A stretch of 64,000 nt of DNA from a virus. The notes beneath the pieces are model-generated. The model did no database searches, was not told where the DNA came from, and saw nothing but the letters and a program-made list of their open reading frames with translations. Below are positions 52,886-63,358 of the stretch, one piece after another (positions within the stretch are counted from its first letter, which is position 1; each line of letters starts with the position of its first letter). A program made the translations under genes and the position numbers. The DNA lies in the IMG/VR virus record IMGVR_UViG_3300042146_000099, positions 1 through 64,000 of that record; one strand, given 5' to 3'.

Positions 52886-55770
52886 CAGGGCCTCCCTATG
52901 ATCATCCAGTCGAGGTTGGTGTTCGTGGTGTTCGTCCGGTACACCCACACCGTGATGCTGGTGCCGGACACGGCGGTTTGGGCGACGCCCATCACCGTGG
53001 AGCCGATCACCGTGGTCTGGGCGGTGACGAAGCCGTAGAAGTTGTTGCCCGCGATATCGAACCCGGTCACCGTGACGGACGTGGGCGTGTTGGCGACGGG
53101 CGAGATGGTCGCGAAGCCGACGCCCAGGGACTCGGGGCTCCAGATGCCGTAATGGCGGGTGATGCCGTCGTCGTCGAAGTGGATGTAGTTCCAGTCAGCA
53201 GCAGTCGGCCCGAACCAGCCGATCTCCGCCCGGTCTTCCCTGGCGAGGAACGATCCGCCGAAGTTGCCGCCAACTCCGGAGAACCATGCGGTCCTCATGC
53301 GGGTGTCGTCGACTTCGGCATAGCCGCCGGTGGCGTAGTACAGGCCATCGCCTGCGTTCAGCTTGTACCGGCCGAACGTGGCTGTGTTCTCGTCCATGGC
53401 GACGGTGGAGAAAACCCCGCTGGCGAGCGCTGTCGTGGTCATCTGAATACCGGCGGCAGCGTCGGGTGTGAGGTTGGTGTCGAAGGCTTGGATGAAGCTG
53501 TAGTTTGATCCGGTTTCGGCGTAGAAGCGGATCTCCGGCAGCAGTGCTGAGGTGGGGTTGATTTCGATGCGCCTGCCGGTGGTGCCGGATTTGAGTTGTC
53601 CGATGATCGATACGGATCCGTCGGCGCTGGCGATGTCGACGGTTTGGGTGCCGCCCGCGTTGTAGGCCTGCATGCCTGCAGAGTTGAGTTCGACGCGGGC
53701 GCCGGTTTCGGCGGTGCGGATGGACGCGCCGAGGAGCCAGTTCGCTGAGATCTGCCCGGCGGTCACTTTCGAGACGGTGAGGTCGCTGATGTGGGCGTCG
53801 TCGATGAGGAGTGCGGTCGCCGATGCCGCGTCGGACGGGCCGGACTTGTTGCCGGTCTGGTCGACTGCGATGACGCGTACGTAGCGGGCTGATGTCTCCT
53901 CGACCTGCACGGTGGCGACCACGGGGATCTGCGCTTGGATCATCCCCGCCGTCGCCGACACCTTCGCCTTCAGCGTCGACTCCGACGGCGTGAACCCGGG
54001 CTCGTAGTCGACGTGGATCTCCAGGTGGTGAAGATCCGACTCCAGGTTGAACGTGCCGCCCGAACTCTTGCCCAGCTCGTGCGTGACCTGCACCGCGATC
54101 CGTGACGCGGCCACTGACGGGGCGGCTGGTGTTGACGGCGGCAGGTTGTCGGACGAGGCCACGAACGTTGTCGTCCCCGACCATGTGCCGGTGTTGCCGG
54201 TCTTGTCGACGGCGCGGATCTGCACGTCGTAGCCGACCCCAGGGCTGAGGTCTTGGAGTTGGGCGGTGCTTTCGCCCCAGGCCACGTACATGACCTGCCA
54301 CTCGTCGTCGGGCGCGGCGAACGGCTGCGCCCACGTCTGCATGTCCATCCACCGGATTTGGGAGACTTGCGTCCAGGTGGCGGGGTAGATCATGTCGGTG
54401 TCGACGGCGTACCGGATCTCGTAGTGGTCGCCATCGAGGACGGTGGAGCCGTCGATGTTGTTGGGGGCGTTCCAGGTGAGGATGACGCGGGCGCGGGTGA
54501 AGCCGCGGGCGTCAAGGTAGGCGGTGCCGGTGAACGGCGTCACGAACGTCGGGATGCCGGGGATGGAGGTGTCGGCGTTGGGCCGCGATCCGATCGGCTC
54601 GGTCGAGGTGTTGGTGAGTTGCCGGGAGAAGTCCCCGACGGTGACGGTGCTGGTGCCGTCGGTTTCGAAGTCGACGTAGTCGGTGAGGTCGGTCCACGTG
54701 CCGTTCGCTGACCGGTAGGCGACCGTGTAGCCGCTAGTGATGGCCCACGACGTTTCGGTGACCTGGAGTTTGATCGGGTTGAGGCGCAGGCCCCGGAATG
54801 TGATCTCCGTGGACGTGTCGACGAGTCCGGCGTCCGGGTCGTACACCCACACCCGGTCCCCGACCACGAACGAGCCGTGAACGTCGTAGTCGCTGGTAGA
54901 GAGGGTGAGCGCGTTCCGCGTCGAAGTGAACCTCGACAACTGCAGCGCGGCCCGGATCTCGGCGTTCGTCGTCGACGTATCCGACTCGCTGACCAACCTG
55001 GTGAGCTTGAGCGGGCCGCCGTGGATGTCCTTGAACCCGGTCGCCGGGGCAATGTCCGCCGCGCCGGTGGCGATGCTGTCGCCCTCCCCCTCCGCCAACA
55101 GGACGACGCGGGTCGAATAGTCCTCCATATCCCGGGTGACGTCCATGCTGCCAGGCAGCGCCCGCAGCGCCATGTCCTCACCCGCGCCCTTGGTGAGGAT
55201 CACGCACGTCGGGTTGACCACGAACAGGTTGGAGTCCGGGCCGGCGTCCAATGTTCCGTCGCCGTTGACGCGCCACGACACCGGGACGCTCTCCGACGAC
55301 ATGGTGTCGCACACGTACGAGATCGCCGTGCGGGGTGTCTCGTACTGGTGCCGTCCGGTGTACGTGCCGGACACGGAGTGGATGGTGCCTGCGGTGACCG
55401 CGCCGGAGGCGGGGAGCAGCATGTTGATGGTGGTCGCGAAGGAGGCGCTGGCGGGTTCGACGGCGTTCTCAAAAACGTCGCCTTTGCCGTCTTCGTCGCC
55501 GAGCCAGAACGCCATGCCGACGCCGCCGATGCTGATGTCGTCGGCGGGTGCGTTCGTACGGCCGTCGTCGCCCACGGTCTTCGTACGGACCACGCCGACG
55601 TAGCGGGCCACGTCGAGGAGGTTGTCGCCGTACTGGGCGGGGTCGAGGCGTCCGGGGATGATCGCGACGTGGCCGAAGTAGTCGATGCCGTCGAGGACGT
55701 CGCGGGGCACACCGCCGAGGAGTTTGACCTCCCACGAGCCGAGAGCTTTGAGGACTTCGGTGACCGCCAC
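52885..55770 (-). CDS. Large minor tail protein (hub/central fibre) with Fn3-like domains
   Basis: 961 aa; LSPGVGYDVQIRAVDKTGN; position after the distal tail protein. Confidence 0.85.
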   Translation of the reverse strand: MAVTEVLKALGSWEVKLLGGVPRDVLDGIDYFGHVAIIPGRLDPAQYGDNLLDVARYVGVVRTKTVGDDGRTNAPADDISIGGVGMAFWLGDEDGKGDVFENAVEPASASFATTINMLLPASGAVTAGTIHSVSGTYTGRHQYETPRTAISYVCDTMSSESVPVSWRVNGDGTLDAGPDSNLFVVNPTCVILTKGAGEDMALRALPGSMDVTRDMEDYSTRVVLLAEGEGDSIATGAADIAPATGFKDIHGGPLKLTRLVSESDTSTTNAEIRAALQLSRFTSTRNALTLSTSDYDVHGSFVVGDRVWVYDPDAGLVDTSTEITFRGLRLNPIKLQVTETSWAITSGYTVAYRSANGTWTDLTDYVDFETDGTSTVTVGDFSRQLTNTSTEPIGSRPNADTSIPGIPTFVTPFTGTAYLDARGFTRARVILTWNAPNNIDGSTVLDGDHYEIRYAVDTDMIYPATWTQVSQIRWMDMQTWAQPFAAPDDEWQVMYVAWGESTAQLQDLSPGVGYDVQIRAVDKTGNTGTWSGTTTFVASSDNLPPSTPAAPSVAASRIAVQVTHELGKSSGGTFNLESDLHHLEIHVDYEPGFTPSESTLKAKVSATAGMIQAQIPVVATVQVEETSARYVRVIAVDQTGNKSGPSDAASATALLIDDAHISDLTVSKVTAGQISANWLLGASIRTAETGARVELNSAGMQAYNAGGTQTVDIASADGSVSIIGQLKSGTTGRRIEINPTSALLPEIRFYAETGSNYSFIQAFDTNLTPDAAAGIQMTTTALASGVFSTVAMDENTATFGRYKLNAGDGLYYATGGYAEVDDTRMRTAWFSGVGGNFGGSFLAREDRAEIGWFGPTAADWNYIHFDDDGITRHYGIWSPESLGVGFATISPVANTPTSVTVTGFDIAGNNFYGFVTAQTTVIGSTVMGVAQTAVSGTSITVWVYRTNTTNTNLDWMIIGRP

Positions 55771-55773
55771 CCG

Positions 55774-56982
55774 CTACCTCCTCACTCCGTAGACGGCTTC
55801 CGGCATGCACGCCGTGTACTGGTTCCGCAGGTCCGTAGCCGCATCCCCGGAGACCGCGGACCCGCCGCCGGCCGCCACGCCGATCCAGAAGTCCAGGCTC
55901 GTGGCGCTGGACTTGAGGACGCCTCCGTTGGCGTGGGCGGTGAACGACCGGGCGGATCCGGCGGCGAAGCGGTTGCCGCCGGCGTCGTCTCCGGTGGCCG
56001 TGACGTAGCCGGATGCGGCGAACGAGGTGTTGGTCTCCACCGTGGACCGGTAGGCGGCGAGGGTGGCCGACGTGCCGGTTTGGAGGTAGCCCTCGATGAA
56101 GCGGGAGCCGCGGCGGAGGGTGAGGTCGAGGCTTGCCCGTCCGGGGTTGAGGCCCTTGGTGAGGCGCATGATGCACATTTCGGGGTCGTTGCGCAGCAGG
56201 GTCGCCCCGTCCCACGAGGTGATCGACGAGGCGGATCCGGCGACGGAGACGTTCCACTCCTTGGAGTGGTAGGCGCCGCTGGTGTAGGCCTGCACGTCGA
56301 GCGTCCCGGACACGCCGGGCGTGACGTTGACGAGGCCGTTCGACAGGGCCCACCCGGTGGCGGCGAGGGGCACATCGACGCCGTACACCTCCTGCGACGC
56401 TGCCGTGGTGACCTTGACTCGTCCGTCGAGAAAGTCGGTGGGCGCGCAGCCCCAGCGTGGGGACACGTTCGCGGGCACCCCGCGGTAGACGGTCATCGCG
56501 CCGTCCGCGCCGGTGCGGGTCATCGTCGTCGCGTTGGTGGAGCCGGTGTAGTAGGCGTAGTGACCGATGGGTGGGGCGTGCCAGCGTTCCCCGGTCAGGC
56601 CGAAGTCATTCAACCTCACGGCGCCGGTGAGCCTGCTCTGGAGATCGGTTTCGGCATCCGACCCGATCCGCTCCAGGCTCACCTTCCAGTCGGCGGTGAC
56701 GCGTTCGTTCAGGTGCTCCGTGTACGTCGACCCGGCGGACTTGATGGTGTAGTAGCCGTTGCGTTCCGGCTTGTCGGTGAACGTGACCGGGATGCACTGG
56801 CCGGGCGTGAGGGCGTTGATGCCGTCGTGCCGGGCCACGACCTGCGCGCGGGTCAGGGGCGGATAGGACTCCTGCCCTTCGAGATCGAGAGAGCGTGTCT
56901 CGCCGCCGGACTCGGCAACGGCGAACGTCTCCCGCAGCGGGATACGGCCGATGGTCGTGTCGCCCCAGTTGTACAAGGCCAT
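55774..56982 (-). CDS. Minor tail protein (distal-tail position)
   Basis: Directly follows the tape measure; beta-rich. Confidence 0.75.
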   Translation of the reverse strand: MALYNWGDTTIGRIPLRETFAVAESGGETRSLDLEGQESYPPLTRAQVVARHDGINALTPGQCIPVTFTDKPERNGYYTIKSAGSTYTEHLNERVTADWKVSLERIGSDAETDLQSRLTGAVRLNDFGLTGERWHAPPIGHYAYYTGSTNATTMTRTGADGAMTVYRGVPANVSPRWGCAPTDFLDGRVKVTTAASQEVYGVDVPLAATGWALSNGLVNVTPGVSGTLDVQAYTSGAYHSKEWNVSVAGSASSITSWDGATLLRNDPEMCIMRLTKGLNPGRASLDLTLRRGSRFIEGYLQTGTSATLAAYRSTVETNTSFAASGYVTATGDDAGGNRFAAGSARSFTAHANGGVLKSSATSLDFWIGVAAGGGSAVSGDAATDLRNQYTACMPEAVYGVRR

Positions 56983-59900
56983 CAGGCCCGCCCCCTATCG
57001 AACTTACGGAGCGCTTCCTTCATCTCCGCCACCAGAGCGTTCGCGGCCGCGCGCCGGTCAGCGGCCGTGGAGAAGTCGAAGGAGCCGCTGACGGTGATGT
57101 TCTCGATGGTCACGCCGCCACCTGAGCGCACCAGCGCATCGAACATGGCGGTCTGCTGCGGGTCGAGGATGCGTTCCGGCCGGCCGGTGGCGTTGACGGC
57201 CATCGTCGCGCCGGGCTGCAACAGGCCACCCGAGTCGAACTTCGCGGCCGGCGCGAAGCCCCAGCGGCTGGTGAACATGGGGTCCTTGTAGGAGCGGGCG
57301 CGTTTCCCGATCACCACGCCGTCTCCGCCGCGGCTCTCCACGTTGACGCCTGCAATGGTGCCCGCGGTGTGGCCGACGCCGCTGTTTGTGATGCCGATCT
57401 GGTAGGGGGAGTTCAGGTTCCGCACCCACCCGGACGGTCCGTTGTTCCCGACGAAGCTGCCGGTCGCCCACCGGCGGTGGGGGCGTTCCCCGCGGATGAC
57501 GGATTCGATTGCCGATGTCAGGCCGGAGCAGTCCCAGCTGGGGTTGCCGTTGCCGCCCCACTGGTACGGGAGGCCGTGCTGGGTTTTCGCCCAGGAGAGG
57601 GCCTTCTGCACGCCGGGGCCGCCGACGGCCTTCTTGTCTTCCTTGGTGAACCAGCCCATCATCCCGTCGACCGCACGGTTGCTGAGTCCCCGCAGGAGGT
57701 TCCCAATACCGGTGTTGGGAATGCGGGCGATGAGCGGCCGTACCAGGGACCGCAGTGCCTTCTGCGCGGCTTCCTTCAGGCCGCCGACGACGAGGTCCTT
57801 GGCCCAGGATGCGGCGTCGCCGAGCTTGCCCAGGCCGGAGGTGATGTTCCCGACGATGCCGCCTTCGTCGAAGTGCTGCACCGGGCCTTGCTGGCGGCGC
57901 CGTTCTTCCTGCCTGCTGGGGTTTCCGCCGGTCTGGGTGGGCCGGTCCTGGCCGAGCATGGCGTCGATGCCGCGCTGCCCGCCCAACTGCGCCACCTGGG
58001 ACTTGGAGAGGATGCGTTCGCCGGGGGTGAGCATGGCGGGGACGGTGTCGCTGTTGCCGGTGCCGGGGACGACGCCGCCCTTGTTGAAGCCGAGCTTGAT
58101 GGCGGGCAGCGTGAGGTTCGAGTTGATCTTTCCGGCGATGGTGTTCCACATCCTTCGGACGCCGTTGTTGTAGACGGTGCCCACCACGTACCGGACGGGG
58201 CTGGCGATCTTCGATTTGATGCCGTCCCAGATCCGGCCGAGACTGTCCCGCAGTGCGGTGAATGCGTCCCGCATCGCATTCATGAAGGAGCCGATGCGGT
58301 CGCGGATCGTTGAAAAGATCGACGACATTTTGTCGCGGGCGCCGTTCCACAGCCCGTTCCACACGTTCGTGATCGACGTGCGCAGACTGGTCATGCTGTT
58401 GCGGACGGACTGCCACGCGTTCGACATAGACGACCTGAGACCGGACCAGAAACTGTTCCAGCGTTCCCGTACAGACGCCCACAGGTCCCGCCAGGTTTTG
58501 ACGAGCCAGTCCTTCAGCGCGCCAAAGATCCGCTTCGTGGCCGCCCACAACCCGGTGAAGTTGCGGACAATCTCTCGCACCAAGTCGGGGATGATGCTGT
58601 GGCCGACGAGGACGTCGTACAGCCAACGGAATTTGTCGACAACCCACTTCACGACTTCCGCAGCCTTGTCCGCGAACTTCGTCAGCCAGCCGACGACGGT
58701 CGTGATGACCGGCACCACGGTGTTGATCGCACCGGCCAGCACCCCCGACATGAGGCCGGCCAGGCGGACGATCAGCGGCAGCAGTGGCTCGATCACCTGC
58801 ATCGCCAGATTGATCAACGCCGCCGACATCTGCCCAAGCACCGGGATCAGCGGCGCGAACGCCTGGTACAGCGGCGTGAGTAGCGGCGCCAACTGGCCGA
58901 TGAACCTCCCGAACGTCGCCACCGCCGGGATCAGCGCGGCGATCACCGGTTGCAGGCCTTTGACCAGGGCGCCGACGAGGATCGTCACGATGTTCCCGAC
59001 GACGGGCAGAACCGGCGCCAAAGCGCTGATCACCACTCCGAGGAGGTCCCCGATCGGCTTCAGCAGCGGCATGACCATGCGGACGACACGGACGAGGATG
59101 TCGCCGAGCTGAGACACCACCGGCAGCAACGCGTCAATGATCGGCATCAAGGCTTTACCGAGCGCCGCAGCGAGATCCGCCAGAACGGGCCCGAGTTTCT
59201 CCGCCAGATCGCGGACGACAGGCGCCATTGCCTCCAGCAGTGGCAGCGCCGCCTGAAGCACCGAGCCGAGCGTCCCGGCGAAGAGTTTCGCGATCGCGTT
59301 CACGGCCTCGAAAATCGACGTCAGCGCCTGCTGAATCTCCGGCATCGCGGTGATCCGCCGCAGCTCCGCGAACACTGACCCGAGCGCGCCGAGGGCATCG
59401 CCGCCACCAGCCGCGGCAGCCTTCATGATGTTCCCGAGCGTCCCGAAAATGTCCCCGAGTAGCTGCCCGAACTGCTTCGCGATGTCGACCGCGCCACTGA
59501 TGGCCTGTTCCAGCGATCCCGAGGCAAGCCCCTCGGAGATCTTCTGCGAGATGCGGTCCGCCATCCGACCCGCCGCATCCGTGATCCGCTGAAACGCCGG
59601 GCTGGCGGCGATGGACAGTTGGGTGAGGCCGGTCAGGAACTGGCCCGGGATCCGGTTGAGGTTGCCGAAGCCCTTGTTGAGGCCGTCGAACATCTGCTTG
59701 AGCTGGCCCGTCTTCGACAGCTCGATGACCGCGCCGGCCGCGTTCTTCGCCATCGCGTTGAGGTTGTCGGCCATCCCGACGAGCCCGCCTCGTAGAGGCG
59801 GGATGACTGCGGTGCTGAGGCGGGTGAACGTGGTGCCGAGCCCGCGGAAGAGGGCATCCTGCACGTCCAACTTCAGTCCCCGCCACGCCGCGCCCTGGGC

Positions 59901-61574
59901 GATGACGGCGTTGACGAACTCGCGGGCGTTCGGCGACAACTTCGCCATCGCGTCGCCCAGCTTGTTCACTGCTGCGGCGCCGGCCGTTTGCGCGTCCGAG
60001 AGGGCCCTCGCTGCGTCAGCGACAGCGGCATGCGCGTCGGCGATGTCCCGTGCCCCGTCGACTGCGGCTTTCCGGGCGGCTTCGCGGGCGTCCGCGACGT
60101 CCCGTTCGGCTGCCGCGATCCTCTGCAAACCGTCCTGGGTGGTGCGTGCCTGCTCAATCTCCGCATCCCGCAGCGCACGCGTCCGGTCCGCAACCTCACG
60201 GTTGGCGTCCGCGATGTCCTGCTTGGCGTCGACGACTGTCTTGCTGCCTTCGACTCCGGCCTTGTTCGCGGCCTCGGTCTCCTCGGTCAGCCGGGCGGTT
60301 TCGGTCTGCTGCTCTTTGAGCCGCTGGATGGCGCGGTCGTAGGCGAGCTGCGCTTCTTCCAGTTCCTCGGCGGTCGCCTTCGATCCCTTGGCCTTGACCG
60401 CGGCAAGTTCTTCCTCGGCGTCCTGGACGTCAAGGACCGCCTGACGCTGATCCAACTGCGCGCTGGCGAGCCGGTTGTTGAGGTCTTCGAGGTCCTGGGC
60501 GGCCTCGCGGCGGGCGTCGTTGAGGTCGCGCTGCGCCTGCCGTGCTTCCTTCTGTGCGTCGGCGAGGTCCCGTTCCGCCTGCGCGACCTGCTGGGCGGCG
60601 CGCCGGTTGGCGTCGGCAACATCCTGGACAGTCGCTTTCAGGCTGCGCTGGGCGTCCTCGACGCGGCGGGCTGCCTGCACACGGGCCTCGGCCGCGCGCT
60701 GCTCGGCGTCCTTCACGCCCTGCTGGGCTTTCGCGACGGCGCGCTGGGCGTTCTCCACCTGCCGGATGGAGTTGGTGGCGGCGCTTGCACCCGCGGTGGC
60801 CGGCGCGAACGCGGCCTTGAACGCGTCACCGATACCCGAGGTGCCGACCTTGACCGCGGCGAACGCGGTAGCCAGCGACAGCACAGCCGGGGCGGCGACG
60901 GCTGCTGCGGGCCCCATGGCGATGATGGACTGGCCGAGGGAGGCGACGGTGGGGAGTGCGCCGATGGCGGCGGCGCCGAGGATGGCGATGCGGGAGGACA
61001 GCATGCCGATGCCGCCTGCGGACCCGCTGGCTGAACCTCCAAGGCTGGCCAGTCCGCCGAGGCCCGACATGTTGGCCCGGATGTTGACGGTGCGGTCGCG
61101 GGTGAGAGCGGCGAGGCGGGCGGCTGCGTCGGCGGTGTCGGCGTCTGCGGTGACGCGGAGGGTGCGCCTGCGGGTGAGGTTCGCGATGTCGTCCGCCGCG
61201 ACGCGGGTGTCGACGTCGACACCGATACGGACCCGCCGCCGCTGCGTCAGATTGCGGATCTCATCCGCTGCGACGCGGGTGTCCGCCGTGGCGAGGATGC
61301 GGACCGTACGGTCGGCGGTGAGCCGGTCCAGCTTTGCGGTGACGCGCCGCATCGACGCCTCATTGAGGTCGGCGTCGATGACCGCTTTGAGGACGGTGCG
61401 GGAGTGCTGGTCGGCGAAGCGGCGCAGCTGTGCGAGCGCGGCCGTGTCGTCGATGTCGAGGGTGACGGTCGCCTTGTTCTTCGACTGCCGCAGCCGCTGC
61501 ATGGCGCGGTCATAGCCGGACTCGTCGGCGGTGACCTCGACGTATCCCTCTGCGATGCGAAAAGCCCCGGCCAT
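56982..61574 (-). CDS. Tape measure protein with C-terminal NlpC/P60-like peptidoglycan hydrolase
   Basis: 1530 aa; IAEGYVEV start, coiled coils, Trp-spaced repeats, DTVPAMLTPGE, PYQWGG...DCSGL...GHT. Confidence 0.95.
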   Translation of the reverse strand: MAGAFRIAEGYVEVTADESGYDRAMQRLRQSKNKATVTLDIDDTAALAQLRRFADQHSRTVLKAVIDADLNEASMRRVTAKLDRLTADRTVRILATADTRVAADEIRNLTQRRRVRIGVDVDTRVAADDIANLTRRRTLRVTADADTADAAARLAALTRDRTVNIRANMSGLGGLASLGGSASGSAGGIGMLSSRIAILGAAAIGALPTVASLGQSIIAMGPAAAVAAPAVLSLATAFAAVKVGTSGIGDAFKAAFAPATAGASAATNSIRQVENAQRAVAKAQQGVKDAEQRAAEARVQAARRVEDAQRSLKATVQDVADANRRAAQQVAQAERDLADAQKEARQAQRDLNDARREAAQDLEDLNNRLASAQLDQRQAVLDVQDAEEELAAVKAKGSKATAEELEEAQLAYDRAIQRLKEQQTETARLTEETEAANKAGVEGSKTVVDAKQDIADANREVADRTRALRDAEIEQARTTQDGLQRIAAAERDVADAREAARKAAVDGARDIADAHAAVADAARALSDAQTAGAAAVNKLGDAMAKLSPNAREFVNAVIAQGAAWRGLKLDVQDALFRGLGTTFTRLSTAVIPPLRGGLVGMADNLNAMAKNAAGAVIELSKTGQLKQMFDGLNKGFGNLNRIPGQFLTGLTQLSIAASPAFQRITDAAGRMADRISQKISEGLASGSLEQAISGAVDIAKQFGQLLGDIFGTLGNIMKAAAAGGGDALGALGSVFAELRRITAMPEIQQALTSIFEAVNAIAKLFAGTLGSVLQAALPLLEAMAPVVRDLAEKLGPVLADLAAALGKALMPIIDALLPVVSQLGDILVRVVRMVMPLLKPIGDLLGVVISALAPVLPVVGNIVTILVGALVKGLQPVIAALIPAVATFGRFIGQLAPLLTPLYQAFAPLIPVLGQMSAALINLAMQVIEPLLPLIVRLAGLMSGVLAGAINTVVPVITTVVGWLTKFADKAAEVVKWVVDKFRWLYDVLVGHSIIPDLVREIVRNFTGLWAATKRIFGALKDWLVKTWRDLWASVRERWNSFWSGLRSSMSNAWQSVRNSMTSLRTSITNVWNGLWNGARDKMSSIFSTIRDRIGSFMNAMRDAFTALRDSLGRIWDGIKSKIASPVRYVVGTVYNNGVRRMWNTIAGKINSNLTLPAIKLGFNKGGVVPGTGNSDTVPAMLTPGERILSKSQVAQLGGQRGIDAMLGQDRPTQTGGNPSRQEERRRQQGPVQHFDEGGIVGNITSGLGKLGDAASWAKDLVVGGLKEAAQKALRSLVRPLIARIPNTGIGNLLRGLSNRAVDGMMGWFTKEDKKAVGGPGVQKALSWAKTQHGLPYQWGGNGNPSWDCSGLTSAIESVIRGERPHRRWATGSFVGNNGPSGWVRNLNSPYQIGITNSGVGHTAGTIAGVNVESRGGDGVVIGKRARSYKDPMFTSRWGFAPAAKFDSGGLLQPGATMAVNATGRPERILDPQQTAMFDALVRSGGGVTIENITVSGSFDFSTAADRRAAANALVAEMKEALRKFDRGRA

Positions 61575-61577
61575 GTC

Positions 61578-61964
61578 CTACCCTCCCTGCCCCATGCTGA
61601 CCAGGCCGGGGAATTTGGCCCGGAACTGGGTCAAGCTCAGCTCTGTGCTGTGGTCGTCCCGCTCGGGTGCGGGGGTGCTGCTGGTGCGGGTTGGGGTGTT
61701 GTCGCGTTCGTTTTCGGCTCGGGCGGCCATGACGCCGGTGTAGGCGGTGAGCCGGTAGGCGAGTGCGAAGTAGCGGCGGGCGGAGATCTCGTCGTGTTCG
61801 AGGTCGATGCCGTAGATGGCGAGGAAGTCGGCGTCCAGGTCGTCGGTGTGGTCGAGGACCCACAGGCGTTCTTCGATGCGTTCGATGACGGTGTCGGCGT
61901 AGGCCGGTTCTCGGATGTCGTCGAACCTGTCCAGCCACGACCGGTCGTCTACTTCGCTTTTCCC
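61578..61964 (-). CDS. Tail assembly chaperone, frameshifted (G-T type) extension
   Basis: Open -1 frame beginning at the slippery site; DLDADFLAIYGIDL motif. Confidence 0.75.
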   Translation of the reverse strand, partial: GKSEVDDRSWLDRFDDIREPAYADTVIERIEERLWVLDHTDDLDADFLAIYGIDLEHDEISARRYFALAYRLTAYTGVMAARAENERDNTPTRTSSTPAPERDDHSTELSLTQFRAKFPGLVSMGQGG

Positions 61965-62341
61965 CCCTTCTCCTTGCGGCTGAGGGCGAGGTCGAGGACC
62001 TTGTCGACGATCCACTCCATCTGCTCTTCCTCAAGGGCCTCCGACTGTTCCAGCGCCTTGTACGCGTCCTCGCCCAGGACGCGGGTGAGGAGCGGGGCGG
62101 TGGCGATGTCCCGGCCGTGCTCGCGCGCCTCGCGGAGGAACTGCAGGGCCACGCCGGGCGAGATGGACTTGGGGATCGTGTACTCGTCGTCGCCGATGTA
62201 GAACAGCGGGACGCGCTCGACCTCGATGGCGTCGTTGGATGCGATCCGGATCGGCTCGAAGTCGAGGGCCTCTTCGGTGCTGGTGGGCTTGGCTGCGGCC
62301 CTTTTGCGGGCCGCAGTCGTCTGACGGGTGGTGGATGCCAT
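61949..62341 (-). CDS. Tail assembly chaperone
   Basis: Between tail tube and tape measure; RVPLFYIGDDEYTIP. Confidence 0.85.
   Translation of the reverse strand: MASTTRQTTAARKRAAAKPTSTEEALDFEPIRIASNDAIEVERVPLFYIGDDEYTIPKSISPGVALQFLREAREHGRDIATAPLLTRVLGEDAYKALEQSEALEEEQMEWIVDKVLDLALSRKEKGGKAK
61958..61964 (-). other. -1 programmed ribosomal frameshift site G GGA AAA
   Basis: XXXYYYZ heptamer two codons before the chaperone stop, in the correct frame. Confidence 0.8.
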
Positions 62342-62380
62342 GGGTGGTGCTCCTCGCGGTGGGCAGGGGTCGGCGACCGG

Positions 62381-62941
62381 CTACGACGTTTGGTCGATGA
62401 TGTGGAAGGGGGTGATGCTGCTGCTCACGTAGTGGCCCGTGAACTTGCACGGGATCAGCGTCTGCTTGTCCTTGGTGTAGGACAGCTCGGACGACTCGGT
62501 GTTGAGCATGCGGCGGCCGATGATCCGGCGTGTGAGCTGGCTGGGGGCGTAGCCGTCGAGGATGAGCGCGAAGTAGTTGGGCTGCGTCGCGCTGGACGTG
62601 ACGTTGGGGTCGAAGCTCTTGAAGCCCGCCCCGGACGCCGAGGTGCCGCCGTTGAGGGAGATCGACAGGTTCTCCAGCGTCGGCTCCGCCAGCGACGTCT
62701 CGATCATGAAGTCCTGCTTCGTCAGCCGGGACCCGACGCGCAGGGTGATCTGGTCGACCTCCAGCTCGCTGTACGTCTGGTCGATGCTGAGCTTCACGCC
62801 GTCCTGCGTACCGCCGAGGTCCGTCCACGAGGACGCGGGCGGTACGGCGTTGACGGCGGTGTCGGCCGGCTCGGTCGCACCGAAGTTGCCCTTGTAGAGG
62901 GTTCCCGGCCCCTGAATCAGATTCGTGGTCGTAACGGACAT
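62381..62941 (-). CDS. Major tail (tube) protein
   Basis: NLIQGPGTLY...WTDLGGTQDGV...VDQ...LAEPTLENL. Confidence 0.88.
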   Translation of the reverse strand: MSVTTTNLIQGPGTLYKGNFGATEPADTAVNAVPPASSWTDLGGTQDGVKLSIDQTYSELEVDQITLRVGSRLTKQDFMIETSLAEPTLENLSISLNGGTSASGAGFKSFDPNVTSSATQPNYFALILDGYAPSQLTRRIIGRRMLNTESSELSYTKDKQTLIPCKFTGHYVSSSITPFHIIDQTS

Positions 62942-62945
62942 ATCG

Positions 62946-63134
62946 TCAGCTCTCCTTGCTTCCGGCCGCGCCGGCAGTGGTCTTCTTCGCGGGGTTGGCC
63001 GGGGCCGCGGTCGCGGGCGGCGTGCTCGGGGCGGTTTCCTCGACGAGGAGCCCCTGGCGCTTCAGGTCGAGGTACTCGGCGTCGTCGACCTCGATCGTCT
63101 TGTCGGGCTGCATGGTGGTGCGGACGGTCGGCAT
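62946..63134 (-). CDS. Small protein upstream of the tail tube
   Basis: MPTVRTTMQPD..IEVDDAEYLDLKRQGLL; TGATG overlap. Confidence 0.65.
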   Translation of the reverse strand: MPTVRTTMQPDKTIEVDDAEYLDLKRQGLLVEETAPSTPPATAAPANPAKKTTAGAAGSKES

Positions 63135-63358
63135 CAGCGGTAAGCCTCTCGACGAAGGGGGAACTGGTGGTGGGAGAACTGCGGGTGGAAGCGCAGTTCC
63201 AGGGCCTGCTCGGGCGGGATGCTCGGCGGGCACGGCACGATGCGGATGTTGCCGGTCAGCAGGAACTCCAGCTCGGCCCGGCTGTTGTGCACGAGCGTCT
63301 TCCCGCCGTAGGAGAGGAGGTCCCCGTGGGGGGTGTCCTCTTGAATGGCCCACATCAT
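63134..63358 (-). CDS. Small hypothetical protein in the tail operon
   Basis: GGAGG RBS; LSYGGKTLVHNSRAELEFL. Confidence 0.6.
   Translation of the reverse strand: MMWAIQEDTPHGDLLSYGGKTLVHNSRAELEFLLTGNIRIVPCPPSIPPEQALELRFHPQFSHHQFPLRREAYR

Noticed and set aside
54877-57291. 804-aa plus-strand ORF and many other long ORFs opposite real genes (e.g. 16264-18429, 33794-35554, 13621-15336)
   Set aside because: Shadow frames of high-GC coding sequence; no motifs, and they overlap well-supported genes.
60900-61400. Repeats at the tape-measure N-terminus (ADTRVAAD...LTRRR)
   Set aside because: Ordinary protein-level repeats of tape measure proteins.
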